NCBI GenBank assembly: GCA_951406725.2
Contig: OX597814.1
Coordinates: 147,064,001-147,128,000, forward strand
Source of the DNA: Octopus vulgaris
Taxonomy: Eukaryota
DNA: 64,000 bases
Direction of reading: 5' to 3'
Positions 14,101 through 28,900 of this stretch are shown piece by piece. Every line of letters starts with the position of its first letter. The first letter of the stretch is position 1. Below the pieces are notes generated by a model. That model searched no databases and was not told the origin of the DNA. It saw nothing but the letters and a program-made list of their open reading frames with translations. Position numbers and translations under genes: made by a program.

Positions 14101-14435
14101 CTTACTTTTGGGGTTGATAGCTTGGAAGTTATTTCTAACTTGGTTGAAGTTCGAGGTTTGCTATACTTCCTCATTGTTTGTGTAGATTCTTTATCTGATT
14201 TTTCGAACTCTTCATATTAACTTTCAGCCTCTGCTTCAGACGTTGACGATAACACTGTAGTTACTGCGGTTGAAGTTGGCATAGGACACTTTTCTTCTTT
14301 TGGATGGGTGGATAATTTTGGAACTGGCTGCCTTTCCACTTGCATACTCAACTTGTCCCTTCCTTTCAATCTGATGATAATATAACCTTCTATCCTCACC
14401 GCACTGTTTTCATTTGTAACGTCAAAAGTTCATTT
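14101..14435 (-). pseudogene. Decayed coding fragment, probably from a DNA-transposon ORF
   Basis: Minus peptides FDVTNEN / CGEDRRLYYHQIERKGQVEYASGKAASSKIIHPSKRRK and a Ser/Thr/Glu-rich stretch, with a frameshift and stop, ending at a GTAAG donor-like site (14105). Confidence 0.3.
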
Positions 14436-14445
14436 CAATGAATCG

Positions 14446-14480
<35 letters not shown>

Positions 14481-14595
14481 GTAAGATATAAGTTACAGGT
14501 AATGAAACCACCTAAGCAACAGATGTATCCAAATCCATTCTTAGTATTACCACAGTATATATGGTCCTTGTTGTAAGGTATACGGTAGTAGGTAA

Positions 14596-14630
<35 letters not shown>

Positions 14631-14632
<2 letters not shown>

Positions 14633-14765
14633 AAGGTTGGACAAACTAACGGAAACATCTGAAAATTTCAAACATATTTATTTTAATATGGGGTAGGGTC
14701 GCCTTTGGCAGTAATTACAGTTTGAATTATATGAGGGATGGTCTAGTAAAAAGTTTGAATTGTTT

Positions 14766-14768
<3 letters not shown>
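14631..14768 (-). mobile_element. Tc1-family terminal fragment
   Basis: TA|CAAAGGTTGGACAAACTAACGGAAACATC... is homologous to the end of the Tc1 element at 27150; flanked by (TA)n. Confidence 0.65.
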
Positions 14769-14802
<34 letters not shown>

Positions 14803-17165
14803 TGATAAATACAAGTAGGGTTAATAATGAAAAACACTAGCATTTATTTGTAATGCAATGTAAATTTGGAACTCCAATAACTAGAATTCCAACTTTATGC
14901 AGTATGATATCATGATTTCTCCATATCATTCCCTTTAGCGTTTAAACCACGCTATGATTTTGCTCACACAATCCGACAGTGTTTTCATATAATCGAAATA
15001 ATAATGCACGTGAGAAAATCACTCCTGTTGTATTATGTTGCAACCAGAATGAAAACGAGTGATTTTTACATATCTTTTTGCTCTTAAGGCTTCAGGAGTG
15101 CGAGCTCTTGGAACTTTACGTTATAGTTATTTAAATTATAGAAAATGGTTAATTGTAGTACACGGCAAAATTGAAGAAAACGATGATTTTACGAAATTGG
15201 AAAATGTGAGCGCACGCAGAATCGACATTTAAAACTTCGTATATGAAACCAATGAACGAAGACTAAATATAATATTTTGTGGGAAATTTTCTAAAACTTC
15301 AATGCCGAAAAATTGAAATCTCATCAGATAACAATCGATAAGTTATATAATGTAACAAAATATTCCTTCACACATCAGACATTTTGTCATTGTGTTCCTT
15401 ATGTGCATATAGCTATTATCTACATTGTACGCCGCTTTAGCAGAGCTTACGAATACAGCAACTACTTATTAAAAAATATATTGCCATCGAAAAGATAAGA
15501 CTCTGGTGAACATCATAAATCGGAAACATAAAAACAGCAAAGGAAAATGTATTACCCATTGGTATATTTGTACTTTTAATTTAGGGGAAAGGCCAGCATG
15601 GTTAGTAAGTAACGGTTATCATACTTCAGATAACCATAAAATGATTAACAATGTTCAAACATTGCTCTTAGCAACTTCAGCTATCTGAATTAGAAGCTTC
15701 TGTCATAAACTTAAATACTGAGATGTGCATCTTTGTTAACTTAGTAACTGTCCATTCGAAAATATCTGACAGGAAAAATCGATGGCATACTGCGGTGAAG
15801 TTTAAATGACTACTTTCACCAAAGTTCTGCTGAAATGTACTGAAAATAGCTTAAGATAACGGTTACACTGACATAAATATTCATTCATTAACATTCTGTG
15901 ACAATACACACACACACATGCACACACACACTTAATCGAATATATCTGACTACTTTAGAAAGACGAACGGAAATAGGATTACAAGTATTTGGTCTATAAT
16001 GAGCTATTGCCAGCAAAATCGCCATGGAGGCTCATGTGTCACGAGGAGGTTCCATTGTCCCTCATGGTTTAGTAAGGAAATATTCATCTTGAAGCCAAAT
16101 CTAAACCATTTAAATTTCATGTCAAAGCCTCGTTATACTTTGAAAATTTCTACCAAATTACCTCTCAGAATATTATTAATTGCCTTAATGCAAAATATCG
16201 TTTTGCGTTTATTGAATAAATAAAATACCGTGAATACCTATAGACGTATATATATATGTTTACTTCCATAATCCAGAAATCACAAGTACTTCTACGACTT
16301 AAATGTGCTCAAAACGTTAATCCAAGCGAAAAAGTTTGTTTAATTCGTAGTGCTTTAGAAGTGTATCAATGATCACTCAACAGCAATTCCTTTAAGCGAC
16401 TCTCTCTTCACTTCGCTTCACAGTAGGTCATTTTCAATTAGCTTTTCCTGTTATATTTAATTAATGCCATGACCATAGTTAATACACTTTATTTCTAGTC
16501 TAATTTAAATCAATTTTGATGCACATCTAAAATTGCAATATGTAAAATTCATTTCATGTTTTACTTACAGTCTTTCACATACTTTTTATCAGGAGAAAAG
16601 AAAAACAAACTTTTTCATATATATATTGCCATTCAACTTACGTAATCTATTAACATTTTTTCCTTGAATCAACATCTACTAAGTTCGTTGGTAAATTTCT
16701 TGAATAAAATACGGATCGTTATATATATCTTATGCCAATCGTTTTCTCAGTGTCTTATATTCAAGAGTGATTTAGGTATAGGTTTTCTTTTTTCAACTCG
16801 TCACACGTTTGTGTGACAGAGTTCAGCTCGAGATCGAGTAATTTATTTGACCACTGGTTATAAAGAAAATGTTATATAAACTATTACTCTAGCTATCAAT
16901 ATGAAACCTGAATCTCATTCAAACATTTCACGTCATAAAATTTTACACGTCATAAACTTTTATAGAAATGATAACACGCACCCACACATATATACACAGA
17001 TTCACAAACGTGACTGAGTCACGTGTGTGAATCTGTGTATATATCTTTGTGTGCGTGTGTGCATCACGTACACACATGAATATCAATATATACATTCCTA
17101 TATGCTTATCTCTGTGTCTATATATCTCTTTATCTCCCAATCAGCATAATTTGCCTATTTATGCT

Positions 17166-17218
<53 letters not shown>

Positions 17219-18589
17219 GAGTGACCGAATTATTTTAGGATATAAAGGCAATCTTCATATAGCCGAATGCTGCGATGATTATTATCACATCAGGTATAAA
17301 ACCGAATGCGTTTTTGTCGCAATACCTCCGATGCATTTTTACAGGGAGAATAAAAATTTGTCATTCTAATTTAGCAGTAGTAATTGCATCTGAGCATAAG
17401 ACCTGCAGAAGTTAATTACAAAATTTGTACTATTTTATTGATGCTAAATCTAATATATTATTGTTTCAAATCAAACAATACGTCATTAATCCATTGAGAT
17501 ATGATATATATTCCTAAACTCACATTTAACGACACACTCATTGTTCCCATCTTGTGATAGTATTAAGAGGTAATTGCCTCATATATTCAACAGTAACTCA
17601 TTCTGAGAGATTTTAGTAGGAAAGCTGTTGAATAATCTAGGGCTATGCACAAGGTTATATTTTATAGCTCAGCATTAAAACATGATGTATGATATTGGTT
17701 ATGCATCAAAACTAATACAAAAAATTATCTGTTTATTCGTGCAATTTTTTTTATAGTTAGCTTTAGTATATTGATATATTCAAATTTATCTGCAAGTTAT
17801 CTGATGTATTGCTCTCGCTATAAATTATCATATTTTCTTAAATCTAGAAAATAGATTATTTTATTTGTATCGAGTACTACTTTGTTTGAGTAAAGTGTTT
17901 TTGAAATACTCTCAACAATTTCTCGCACAGGAAGGAAGAGCAATAAACCAATGCACAACACATATCGTAAACGCATGCATCATTCAGGTAACGTAATTAT
18001 GCGTATACTGACTCCAATCACAAATATGAACAAACGAAAGGAAACATATACATGACCACATACATTAGTAAAATATATTTGCTGGATAATGAGGAGCGAT
18101 CAGAATCCTTATATACGCAAATAGCAAGTGAGATCGACGTCGCTGGTTAGATCAATAAATTAGATCAATAATAGGAGGAATAATGAGTATGGGGTATAAA
18201 GTTACTTCATTATTGACATGTACTATGCAAAATATTTAGTAAGTTTTGTGTGAGATTATGTGAAAGTAACTCAGCGGGAAAAGTGTTGTTCGTGTGTTCA
18301 TATACTGGATTGGCATTTAGCTAGCAGTATATAGACATGTGTCAGGTCAGGAAACTATGCATACACCGCACTGAGAGTAACGTTTTGTTCGTAAATAATT
18401 GAATACTTTTCTTCCGATGCGATGTACGTACATGTTTTCTATAACTGCACAATTCTAGTCACGTGAACAATTCATAGGATTTATACTTTAGATGTATAGG
18501 GATTCAGCAAATAATCTAAGCTGATGCATTACAAATACAAAAATGCCGAAGAAGCATTTTAGTATTTGTAATGTAAATGTTGATGTCTA

Positions 18590-18627
<38 letters not shown>

Positions 18628-20293
18628 GTGTTGTGTCTGTATGTGTTGCCAACGTGCATTGTGTGTGTGTGTATTTGTGTGGAGTGGGGTATAAACCATC
18701 AATGAATTTGGGTACTGAGTCTCATACATTTAATTGCCTGAATTAAAAATATTGTAGGGTCAGGAGGCTGTTTACACTCGGTGCAAACAGTTTTTGTGTG
18801 TGGATGAATCTTCCATGTCGATTGTTAAGACTAAAATGTAATATCGACTGTAGATGAAAATGCATCTATCCAAATTTCCTTTCGTGGATGGTAATCCATT
18901 GATTTTGATGAAGAGGTTTCAGTTATTCTAACATTTGAATTACACTTTCATTGAGCTGTAAGTTACTGTGAATTCTAGAAGAGATGTACACAGATCACAT
19001 GACTGTGAGTCACAATCAGCATGACACAGCGAGCAAGAAAGCTCGCCATTTGATCAAGCGGAACAATCTATTCGATGGACTTGTATACAGTTGCCTTCCA
19101 CCAAAATTCACTCAAAATGTAGGTATAGTTTTTGAATAATATACTCCACCAATATAGCAGGCAACATGATTCAACGCTGAACTTGACAGTGTTGAAGGAA
19201 GTAATTTCATGCTCGGAAAGTACAATGCGTGACAAACAATGAAATGCTGTTATATGAAAATTGATAGCAGCTGAGTCAACGAGAACTCGTACTAGCGATA
19301 ACAATGTGGTCTGCAAGAAGGTTTTCGAAATCAGAAATGGCAGAAAGAGGGAGATGATCGTTAGGTAACATCGTGAGATGATCCTTAGGTAACATCTCCA
19401 ACCGAGCGAGGTCAAGAGTTTTTTTCGTTGATATCAACTAAGATGGCGTGGCCACTTAAGATCAAAGTGATGAACAATTATTGAGTGACATATTGTGAGA
19501 TGATTCCAATAGATTTGTTTGACGTGGTAGTTCTAACGGTTTTAAAGGTAATGAATGACTTCTGGTCTAGAGAAATGTGCTTATCTTTCAAATGTCGAAC
19601 TTATATATCGATAAATTATTTGTCAGTAAATTTAAATAGATAACACTCCTTAAATGTTTGAAAAGTGGGAGCTTTTCAAATCTATTGACATATATAGGAA
19701 GGAAGCGTATGAGAGAAAGACAGAGACATGTGGAGAGAAGGTAAGAGAGGTTTTATAGAGAAAACATACACAAGACGTTCCACTGAGTTCAGTGTTCAAA
19801 ATAATGGAGGATTGAATGTCAGGGATGGTTTATTTTATATATGCATATATTTTATTTTATATGAAGGTAATGTAGATTATTCCTCATATAAATACGAAGG
19901 TTGAAACTAGAATTCTGAGAAAGGAATCGGAAAGAAAAGAATTTTGTTGTGAGATTCAATACCATGAGCCATTTCAAATGGATGGAGTCTGTAGAGCCAG
20001 TTAATTTGATCTTTTAAAGATTTGTTTTGAAACAGATATAATAACAAATGACAATATTCTGTAAAAATCAGCTAGAAATCGAAAATACCAGCTACAGAGA
20101 GATTTAACTGGAAAATTACATTTCAGAGCAATGCAATTTCAAACATACATGCATAGAAACATATTTACATGCGTATGTGTGTGTATATTTGTGTGACTAT
20201 ATATATATTATACGTATATATATATGCATATATATACATGCATATATATTTGCACATACACATACACACACACGCGCGCGCGCACGCACACGC

Positions 20294-20381
<88 letters not shown>

Positions 20382-20431
20382 AAATGATAATAATAAGGAT
20401 TATTACGAAGTGACATAAGCATTATCTAAAT

Positions 20432-21550
20432 TTACTCAGACTGAGTAAAAAGTAAGCGACGTTTTGAAACTTGAAATTCATCACAATATATTTCAACAAT
20501 ACCGACGGTGTATTCATCAGTGTAAATACTATAACAACCAAGACACTTTCTCAACGAGTTATAAGTTTGTCTATTCCGGTAACATAAAATTCTGGAGTTC
20601 TGGAGCTGATGAAATCTTTGAATGCGCTGTAAGAATCGGCTTGATTTTTGAACTCCTCTCACAGGAAACTATCAAGGTGCTTGCAAAAGTGGTAGATGGA
20701 AGGAGAAAGATCTAAGTTCGGTGGGGAAGAATTTCATAGCCAATTTCCCTCAACTTCAAGAGCGTCATTTATGAAACGTGTGGTCGAGAATTATCATTAA
20801 AAATGATTGGCTCTCTATGTTGAGCAGTATGGAACGGAGGAGTAGCAGTTTTTCGTTTATTTCGGCAATTCCATGGCAATATAATTCTGCAGTAACAGTT
20901 TTCCCGAGTTTTAAGAAGTTATACTGGATGAGTCCAGCAGTACACCACTAAACACTCCCCATAACATTCTTTTTGAATTACTCGAGTTTAGCGAAGTTTT
21001 CGGTGCTTCATTTTGGTGCAACCACTGCAAAGAACTTTTCTCATTAATGTACACAATTCACTTTTCATCACAAGTTACAATATGGTCGCGAAATGAATCC
21101 TTCTGGTTACGGAGAAGAGGCAAAGTTTATATGTATGCATTTTCCTATTTTCATTGATATCGGGTGGTACACATTTGTCGAGTTTTTTTTTTAGTATTTT
21201 ACGATCGCATGTAAACGGTTGCAGGCATTTACCTGGCTAACTTGAAGTTTAAACTATTTTCGAGCTGACCACTCACTGGTCATTTCCTCACCAAATTTTC
21301 GGTGATATCGCGAGCAGTTTCAACTGCTTTAAATCCTCTTTGAAATTGAATAGCAAAATTGCTCGAACATCGCACTTTGACAGTTCTAATTTAGATAATT
21401 GAAACAACAAATGAAAAAAATATCAATGTTAATTTATTGATTTATTTGGGGAAGTCTGTTTCTATATTATCAGACAGTTTTAAAAGAATGCGTTTAAAAA
21501 ATTCAAATCTATGCAAAAATCCGGAACAAAATCTTTTACTCAATCTTATA
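20432..21550 (-). mobile_element. Decayed mariner (DD34D) transposon, near full length
   Basis: Minus peptides ELSKCDVRAILLFNFKRGFKAVETARDI (HTH), LKLGKTVTAELYC, DNSRPHV and DLSPSIYHF (YSPDLAPSDYHLF-like); degenerate TIRs AGACTGAGTAAAAAG / CTTTTACTCAATCT. Confidence 0.8.
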
Positions 21551-22068
21551 TACACGATTTACATAGACCTACACATGTTCCAACTTCACCGATTAGAAAC
21601 TACTGCAGTTGGAACCATACTATAATACCGGTGCTCTTTCTTCCAGGTTTTACTTGATATCCTTCGATACGTTAGATGTGAACTATCTTCAATTCAAGTT
21701 TTGATTGGATGATCAATTAAAGTGCGCTATTCTAAACATTCTGTTGTTTAACTGATTATTATTCATTTATACTGGACAAATGTCTCAAAGCTTCTTCCTG
21801 TCTAGAATTTATTACTTTACACTTAGATGCATAAATTTAGTAAAATTCTTCTAAACATAAATCATTCTTTTCAGTCCCAGGTTGGTATGATTTTGCATTA
21901 AAAATTAATCCCCATTTGATAGTGTAGTCTTTGTATCTGTCTTTAAAAGTCCAGATTAATTTACTATGAATTGCTTGGAATTAAAAATATTTTATCTCTA
22001 AATCAACTAAAATGATTTACCAGTCTTATTTTGTAAATTATGCACATGTAGATATATATCTACATGTC

Positions 22069-22103
<35 letters not shown>

Positions 22104-22343
22104 TTGTGTGTGTGTCAGTGCACACACAAAAATACCCGGTGAATGTGGTCTTTTATTTTGAAAAGTTGTATTTTGAAAAGTATATTTGAGAGCAAGGCTG
22201 TTTCAAACATACATGCATAACACACACGCACACGCACGCACACTCACACACACGCGCGCACGCACACATACACACATACACACAGATATATTACATGTAA
22301 CTATAAATAACTAAGTATGAAACACTCTCTCTATATATATAGA

Positions 22344-22398
<55 letters not shown>

Positions 22399-22946
22399 AT
22401 ATATATACATACATATATTTATATACTTCACTATATAGACTATATGCATTGTTATACGTACGTCGACTATCTGAACTCATGCCAAGCATGACACACATAT
22501 CTGCAAGCGTTCTCAAATACCGCTTTGTAAATGTATTTTAAGCAACTAACCACTGGATTTTATCTCACTTCATTTAATGTTTCAAATATAAACACCACGT
22601 TTCAAGGTTTGAATCGAGATTTCATAATTTAGTTCCTAACTGGCTGTTATTACTTGTTCGTACATTTTAATATTTTTTTTCATTGCAGAATTTTGCTTTC
22701 CTGTCTTTTTTCTTTCTTTATTTTCATGTTATAATTTCCTGTTTATTCAACGTTATTTGTTCATTCATACTTAGATTATACTTTTTGAGTTCTTTTTTTA
22801 TATTAATTGTATTTTCTTTTTAATTCTTGGTCAGAATGACTTGACATTTTCGAGTACTCCATTATAAAGTATTAACGTCACTTCAAGTGAACACTTTTCA
22901 TCTTTTTAATGAAAGATGTTACTTCCCTTTCTACACCTTCCCACGT

Positions 22947-22947
<1 letters not shown>

Positions 22948-23022
<75 letters not shown>
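22948..23022. repeat. (CA)n microsatellite
   Basis: Direct reading. Confidence 0.95.
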
Positions 23023-23025
<3 letters not shown>

Positions 23026-24660
23026 TACACACTCACACAAACGCACACAGAGGCAAGCACACGCTCATTCATAATAACACACATATATCCATGTTTACGC
23101 AAGCACACTCACATACATATATGTGTTTGTTCGTGAATCTATGCATTTAAAAATCCAATGTGAGAGATAGGAGCTCTTCGCTCATCATTTATTTTTCTCA
23201 CCAACAACCTCTTGAAATCAATGTAGTTTTTAACTCCATCTTGAATTTGTGTTGAGCGATATTTGTTGGGAAAAAGTTGATACAGAAATATTCGAGAATA
23301 TAGAATTCTGAAGAGAAAAGGATTGGCAAATATTTTAGAACTGGGCGTTTGCGTATGAGATTATAAGGAAATAAGAATACAAAAAGTGGAGTATTTTCTC
23401 GTTTGAATATAAAATTTACACAGATTACGAATGCATGAAAAGAGAAAATATTGTAATATGCACAGAGTAAACTAAAATCAGAACACACTATGTGTCTTCA
23501 GTTTAATTCTTGATGTGTGTCTCCACAGTACACCAGTCTATCAAATCGAAAAACTGTCGTATTTATTTGAAAAGTAGTCTACTATATTTGTGAACAAAAC
23601 AACGATGCTGCTTTGGGTATTGAGTAAGAAATGTACAGTAATCTTCCCCGTCATACATCGTCTTTATGCATTACTTGAAAATGATTTGGTTGAAAATATC
23701 AAGAATGGATTTGATAAAAACATGTTTCATTACATATGTACAAATAGCGTTGGAGGTCTTAGAAGCGTTGGTGATAGCTTAGTAAGTGAGGTAATTACTG
23801 TAGGGATGACATGTGTGTATACATATTTTGGGCTAGATATTCAGGAATGACACATGAGCGTCAGGATGATACTGATAATCGGAAAATCATGTTTTAAAGT
23901 AATAGAGAGAAATTTGTATCTATGTGCCACCTTAATCAATTAGAATTTGCAACAGGTGATTTTTACAGTTCACAGATATCGATGGTTTCTGTTTCTGATG
24001 AACACAAAATAAAAAAGAAAACACAAAGTTAACAATTATAGTGGCTATATATACCGAGTAATTATTTCATATCTGCAGTGTTGAGATATGTTTGGCAAAC
24101 TTAGAATATTTATAGCAGTTACCGGAAGGGCCATCAAAAAATTAAATCAAGATTCTAATTCCTTCAGTCCATTCTAATTCGAATGACGTATTATTATTTA
24201 TTCCTCAGAATATTAGTTATCAAAATTGCTTATGATTGAACTTTGGTTTACTTATGTATCTCTTAACAGACAACGAAGAAACTTTTCACTCCATAGTATG
24301 CCGTAAATAAATTTTTCAAAGGATGTAGCAAATTTATATTAAAACTTACAAGGAAATAATATTTAAACTTTGTACGCACATAACGTATTTATTTTACTTT
24401 AGCAGAGTGACTCATAAAACACTTCATGTTACTTTGATATCCTTTCAGTTAAGTAAAGGAAAATATTGACAGTTTCAACCGGGAATTTGACAAGTTCAGC
24501 AGATTTAGACCGTCTTCATTTAGAGCGTCTTTATTGGTTAAAGACGCTTACCACCGCGCAATTTAAACTAATATAGCTTACGCATGCAATACTAAACATA
24601 TATATGGACTTTAACAGATCGCACAAATATATTGACACAGATACATGCATATACATAGGA

Positions 24661-25160
24661 CTAGCAGAAATACCCGCCATTGACTGGGTTCAGGAAGAGT
24701 CTTCAAAATTATACCCTGATTTAGGAAAAAAATTATTTTGTGGCGGAATATCCGCAAGCTCTCATTGCCAGGTTTCGTCCCCAAAAGTTATATTTTACTA
24801 ATGGGTCTGCTGATAGTCAGTCTCTTCAGCTCTTTCTTTTTTCCGATGCTGAGATTACTTAGGTAGCCCAAATCTAATTTTATTCGGAAGTATTGTAGTA
24901 GGGTGAATTAATCTATAACACAAGGGACTTAACTCATGTTAACAAACTTATGGATTTCACCGACATGAAAATTCCTAAAAGTTATGGTTGTAAAGCTATT
25001 TTTACCGCTATCGGGGGAAGCCTCGGGAACAATAAGTTGACAAAAGCACAGCCATAATGGTGACCAATGTCCTCCTAAATTTGGAGCGACATGCCTGCTA
25101 ATTTGTGGACGGGCATAAAGTACATTCACGTGCACACAGACACACACACATCCTGCCTAT
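24661..25160 (-). mobile_element. Non-autonomous Helitron-like element
   Basis: Minus-strand 3' end CCCAGTCAATGGCGGG-TATTTCTG-CTAG|T (imperfect hairpin then CTAG), the same end type as the Helitron at 51547. 5' boundary approximate. Confidence 0.55.
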
Positions 25161-25167
25161 AGATTAT

Positions 25168-25410
<243 letters not shown>

Positions 25411-25439
25411 ACAGATTTAGATATACATTGTGAACCTAT

Positions 25440-25680
25440 TAAAAGTGAAACAATATAAAAGTGAATCTGTAAATTACTCCGTAAAAACTTTCACTTTTTT
25501 TCATCGAATTTTGAGACGTAATGCTCATCCAGTACCAATGTTTCATTGTTTTGATCCAAAAAATTACATGTTGCCACTCCTGGTGTCTCATAGTATTACC
25601 ATGTAAAATTTGGTGTGCTTTAGTTGAGCCGTTTTAGAACACATTGGGAATCATTAGAGGTACAAAGGATTTTATATATA
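25440..25680 (-). mobile_element. Helitron-like 5'-end fragment
   Basis: TACCATGTAAAATTTGGTG...GGATTTTATATATA has the same architecture as 46970-47090. Confidence 0.35.
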
Positions 25681-26480
25681 CTACTTTTGTTCAGTGTGAA
25701 CATCATTGTTATAGTGTGCTACACTTGTTGATACAGAGAAATCACGTGAAATAGTTACCGTCACCAATCAAATTATTTTATGCTAGCTTTTCTGTGATTC
25801 AGCTTCGAAATAATTGGAGAAAGAAGCGTTCTATTTCATTTCTCTCTGCTCTCCCGAGACTGTGTCTTGCATTCATACTGGTTTCCTTTTGTCACTTGTT
25901 AATCTTGGTTAATTATTTTAGATACAACTTGCTGCCAAGAAATAGAATGAGTCCAATTAACATTTGAGTATGGAAACGGAAACGACTATGAGCTTTCGTT
26001 GAGAAATGAATTTTCATGCAAAATGCAAATGAAGTCACTGCTAGAACACATATTTAAGGATTTCATAACATCTTTCATACTAATACACATGGTTCCTGTC
26101 AAAGCATTTCAAAATACAGTTAATAATAGTGACCAAAGAAACGTCTGCTAATTCCTAACAAATTGTCTTGTAATTATTTCAGACACAAGATCCCTAATTG
26201 CACACAAGATTTGAACTAAGAAACTATTACACGATATGTAAAACAATTTAGAAATATCATAAAAATGACTTTAATATTTATCTTCTCGCGAATGGATATT
26301 CGGTAGACAATCACTCGGAAAATCAGTTTTATGCAACTTATTCAACTTACCGTGGCAACAGCTACAACGCATATAGAAATACCAAAGTGTAATGCCTATA
26401 TATATGTATACATTTATAAATGTATACGTATATGTACATACACGTATGTATTTATGAATGTATATATATATATATATATA

Positions 26481-26754
26481 TCACGTGATTACGTGACCGA
26501 CGAGACCATCAGATGTTGCCACACACCGGTGGTCACAATGCGTTCGCATTGTTTTCGCTAAGCGAAGAAAGGCCAACAGAAGAAAGAGTGAGAGAAAGAG
26601 TGGTGAAAGAGTACAGCATGGATCACCACCCCCTGCCGGCGCTGCGTGGGGCTTTTCGGTGTGTTCGCTCAATAAACACTCACAACGCCCGGTCTGGGAA
26701 TCGAAACCGCGATCCTACGACCGCGAGTCCGCTGCCCTACTCACTGGGCCATTG

Positions 26755-26760
<6 letters not shown>
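26481..26760 (-). mobile_element. tRNA-derived SINE (third octopus family)
   Basis: Minus head GAGGCGCAATGGCCCAGTGAGTAGGGCAGCGGACTCGCGGTCGTAGGATCGCGGTTTCGATTCCCAGACCGGG has A and B boxes, followed by a non-tRNA body. Confidence 0.8.
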
Positions 26761-26843
<83 letters not shown>

Positions 26844-27004
26844 CTCTTACTTTATTATCATCTTATAATCATCTCATAATAATGATCTTTATGACTCGTA
26901 TTACTACCTCAGTCAATCTAAATGTATATATTTGTCACTACTTGTCATAAATAGTCTTTTTCTATTTGCAATATGCATTTTCGTTGATTTTTTAATATTT
27001 TTAC

Positions 27005-27066
<62 letters not shown>

Positions 27067-27149
27067 GAGCTACTGAATTCAACTGAATCACACTGTAAGT
27101 TGAAGAAGCTGCATAAGTATTCATATATGTATAAATATATGTACACATA

Positions 27150-27996
27150 CAGGGGCTGACAAAATAATAGAAACATCTTAAAATTTCAAAGAATTTTAGT
27201 ATTGGGCCGGACCGCCTTTGGAATAAATACAGCTTGAATTTTACCGGATATGGACTCGTACAAAGTTTGAATTGTTTCCAAAGGAATTTTTGTCCATTCT
27301 TCAGCTAAAACAGTCACTAGCTCTGGTAGTGAGGATAGTAATGGATATCGACTCCTTACAAGTTTTTCTAAAATGCACTAATTATATGTTCAATAATATT
27401 GAGATCTGGGGACCGTGATGGCCAGGTAAGATGTTCAACTTCAGTAGAATGTTTCTCGTGTCATTCAATAACAAATTTAGCTGTGTGAATTGGTGCATTA
27501 TCTTCCTGAATGATGACGTTCCCTACAGAAACAGTACCGTATACATAGGATGAATTTGATCAGCTAAAATGCTTGACTTGTCTATTAATTCTGCCATGAA
27601 GCGAAACTATTGGGCCAAAAGGATTTCAAAGATGTAGTTTCCCACCCCCGATCATCACAGATCCTCCTCCCTTTTTAACAGTTGGAAGGAGGTAGTGTGT
27701 GTCAAATGCTTCTTTTGGCTATCTCCACACTTATACTCGGCCGGTGATCGGGAATAAGGTAAAGAATGCCTCGTGCGAGAAAATTATATTCTTCTACTGC
27801 TCTAGAGACCAATTCTGTAGGCTTTTATTCCTCTCTAAACGCTTTGCAACGTTTGGTTTTGAAAGTAGTGATCTTCTGATTGCAGCCCTCCCGCGAAATC
27901 CTGCTTTGTGGAAACTGGGTTCACTAAGTGGTCATTAAGCTCTGCAGTAATTTTGGGATCTGTACTTTTGTGATCCATTGTAACAATTCGCTGAAG
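27150..27996 (-). mobile_element. Tc1-family (DD34E) transposon, 5'-truncated and decayed
   Basis: Minus peptides IQEDNAPIHTA and WPSRSPDLNIIEH; terminus TA|CAGGGGCTGACAAAATAATAGAAACA. Confidence 0.85.
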
Positions 27997-28025
27997 ATAC
28001 ACACACACTCACGCACACACTCACT

Positions 28026-28065
<40 letters not shown>

Positions 28066-28796
28066 CGTATATATATGTATGTATATATACATATACATGT
28101 AATATATATATATATCATATTACTTTATTAGACTTTTCAGATCAATCTAGAACATCAGCCTTCCAATATTTATTTACGTCTTGAAATTTATATTAGCATC
28201 CTAGAATAGCATGTTCTTGTGTACTTTGTGTTGAGTAGCAAAGAGTGATGTGTTTGTTAATTTTTGCGCTGTATAATGCAGGAATTTTGACATTATCCAG
28301 CATTTAAGTCTGATATACTTCATAGATAATTTTGTCCATGTTATATTATTTTCTTCATCATATGTATAGAATTTTAACTTTGTCAATGTAATGTATTTCT
28401 TTCGAATTTTGGCGCATGCATTGTATGTTTGGGAGTCGTGTTGGCGACTTGCTGTAAAATCATACAGTGTTATATGCATGGCTATAGCAGCAGTTTCATT
28501 CATTGAGTTTTCTGCTTTCATATTTGCATTCGAATTTATACAAAACATTAGCTTGCTTGGCGAATGAGTTTGCGTTTAGATGCGATAGATATTGTCATTA
28601 TGTTGTATGTACGTATTTTATCTTTAATTTTGTGATAATCCAATCTGTAACTAGGATGTATTTTACAGTAAAATGTAGCTAACATCCGAGCGTTGTATGC
28701 TGCTGAAAGTGTGCTGCTTATGCAAGCGAGCAAGTTCATTTTACTTAGCGTCTAATTCCCATCGATGAATTTATGGTTCAATTTCAGTAATCCACG

Positions 28797-28900
28797 CTAA
28801 GGCTGCCGTAAAACTTCAGTCCTTTTCCCATTCACTGAGAAGTCAAATGTTGACGATGCACTTTCAGAATAACGTGTAGTTTCCTGATATATTGATGAAA
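28797..28900 (-). CDS. Possible terminal coding exon of an unidentified host gene
   Basis: Strong acceptor CTCACTCTCTTTTTTTACCAG| followed by phase-1 frame SSIYQETTRYSESASSTFDFSVNGKRTEVLRQP*, then ~600 bp of unique sequence. No homology recognised. Confidence 0.2.

Noticed and set aside
18780-19540. GC-richer unique stretch with a ~24-bp tandem duplication (19351-19396) and a faint GDFNAR-like peptide
   Set aside because: Too degenerate to support an endonuclease or exon call.
20120-22220. ~40-bp direct repeat (GAGCAA..TTTCAAACATACATGCATA) at ~20120 and ~22185
   Set aside because: Short, next to microsatellites, and no element structure could be defined.
26680-26760. tRNA-like sequence (also at 31795 and 40381)
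   Set aside because: SINE heads without a complete cloverleaf, continuing into SINE bodies; not tRNA genes.
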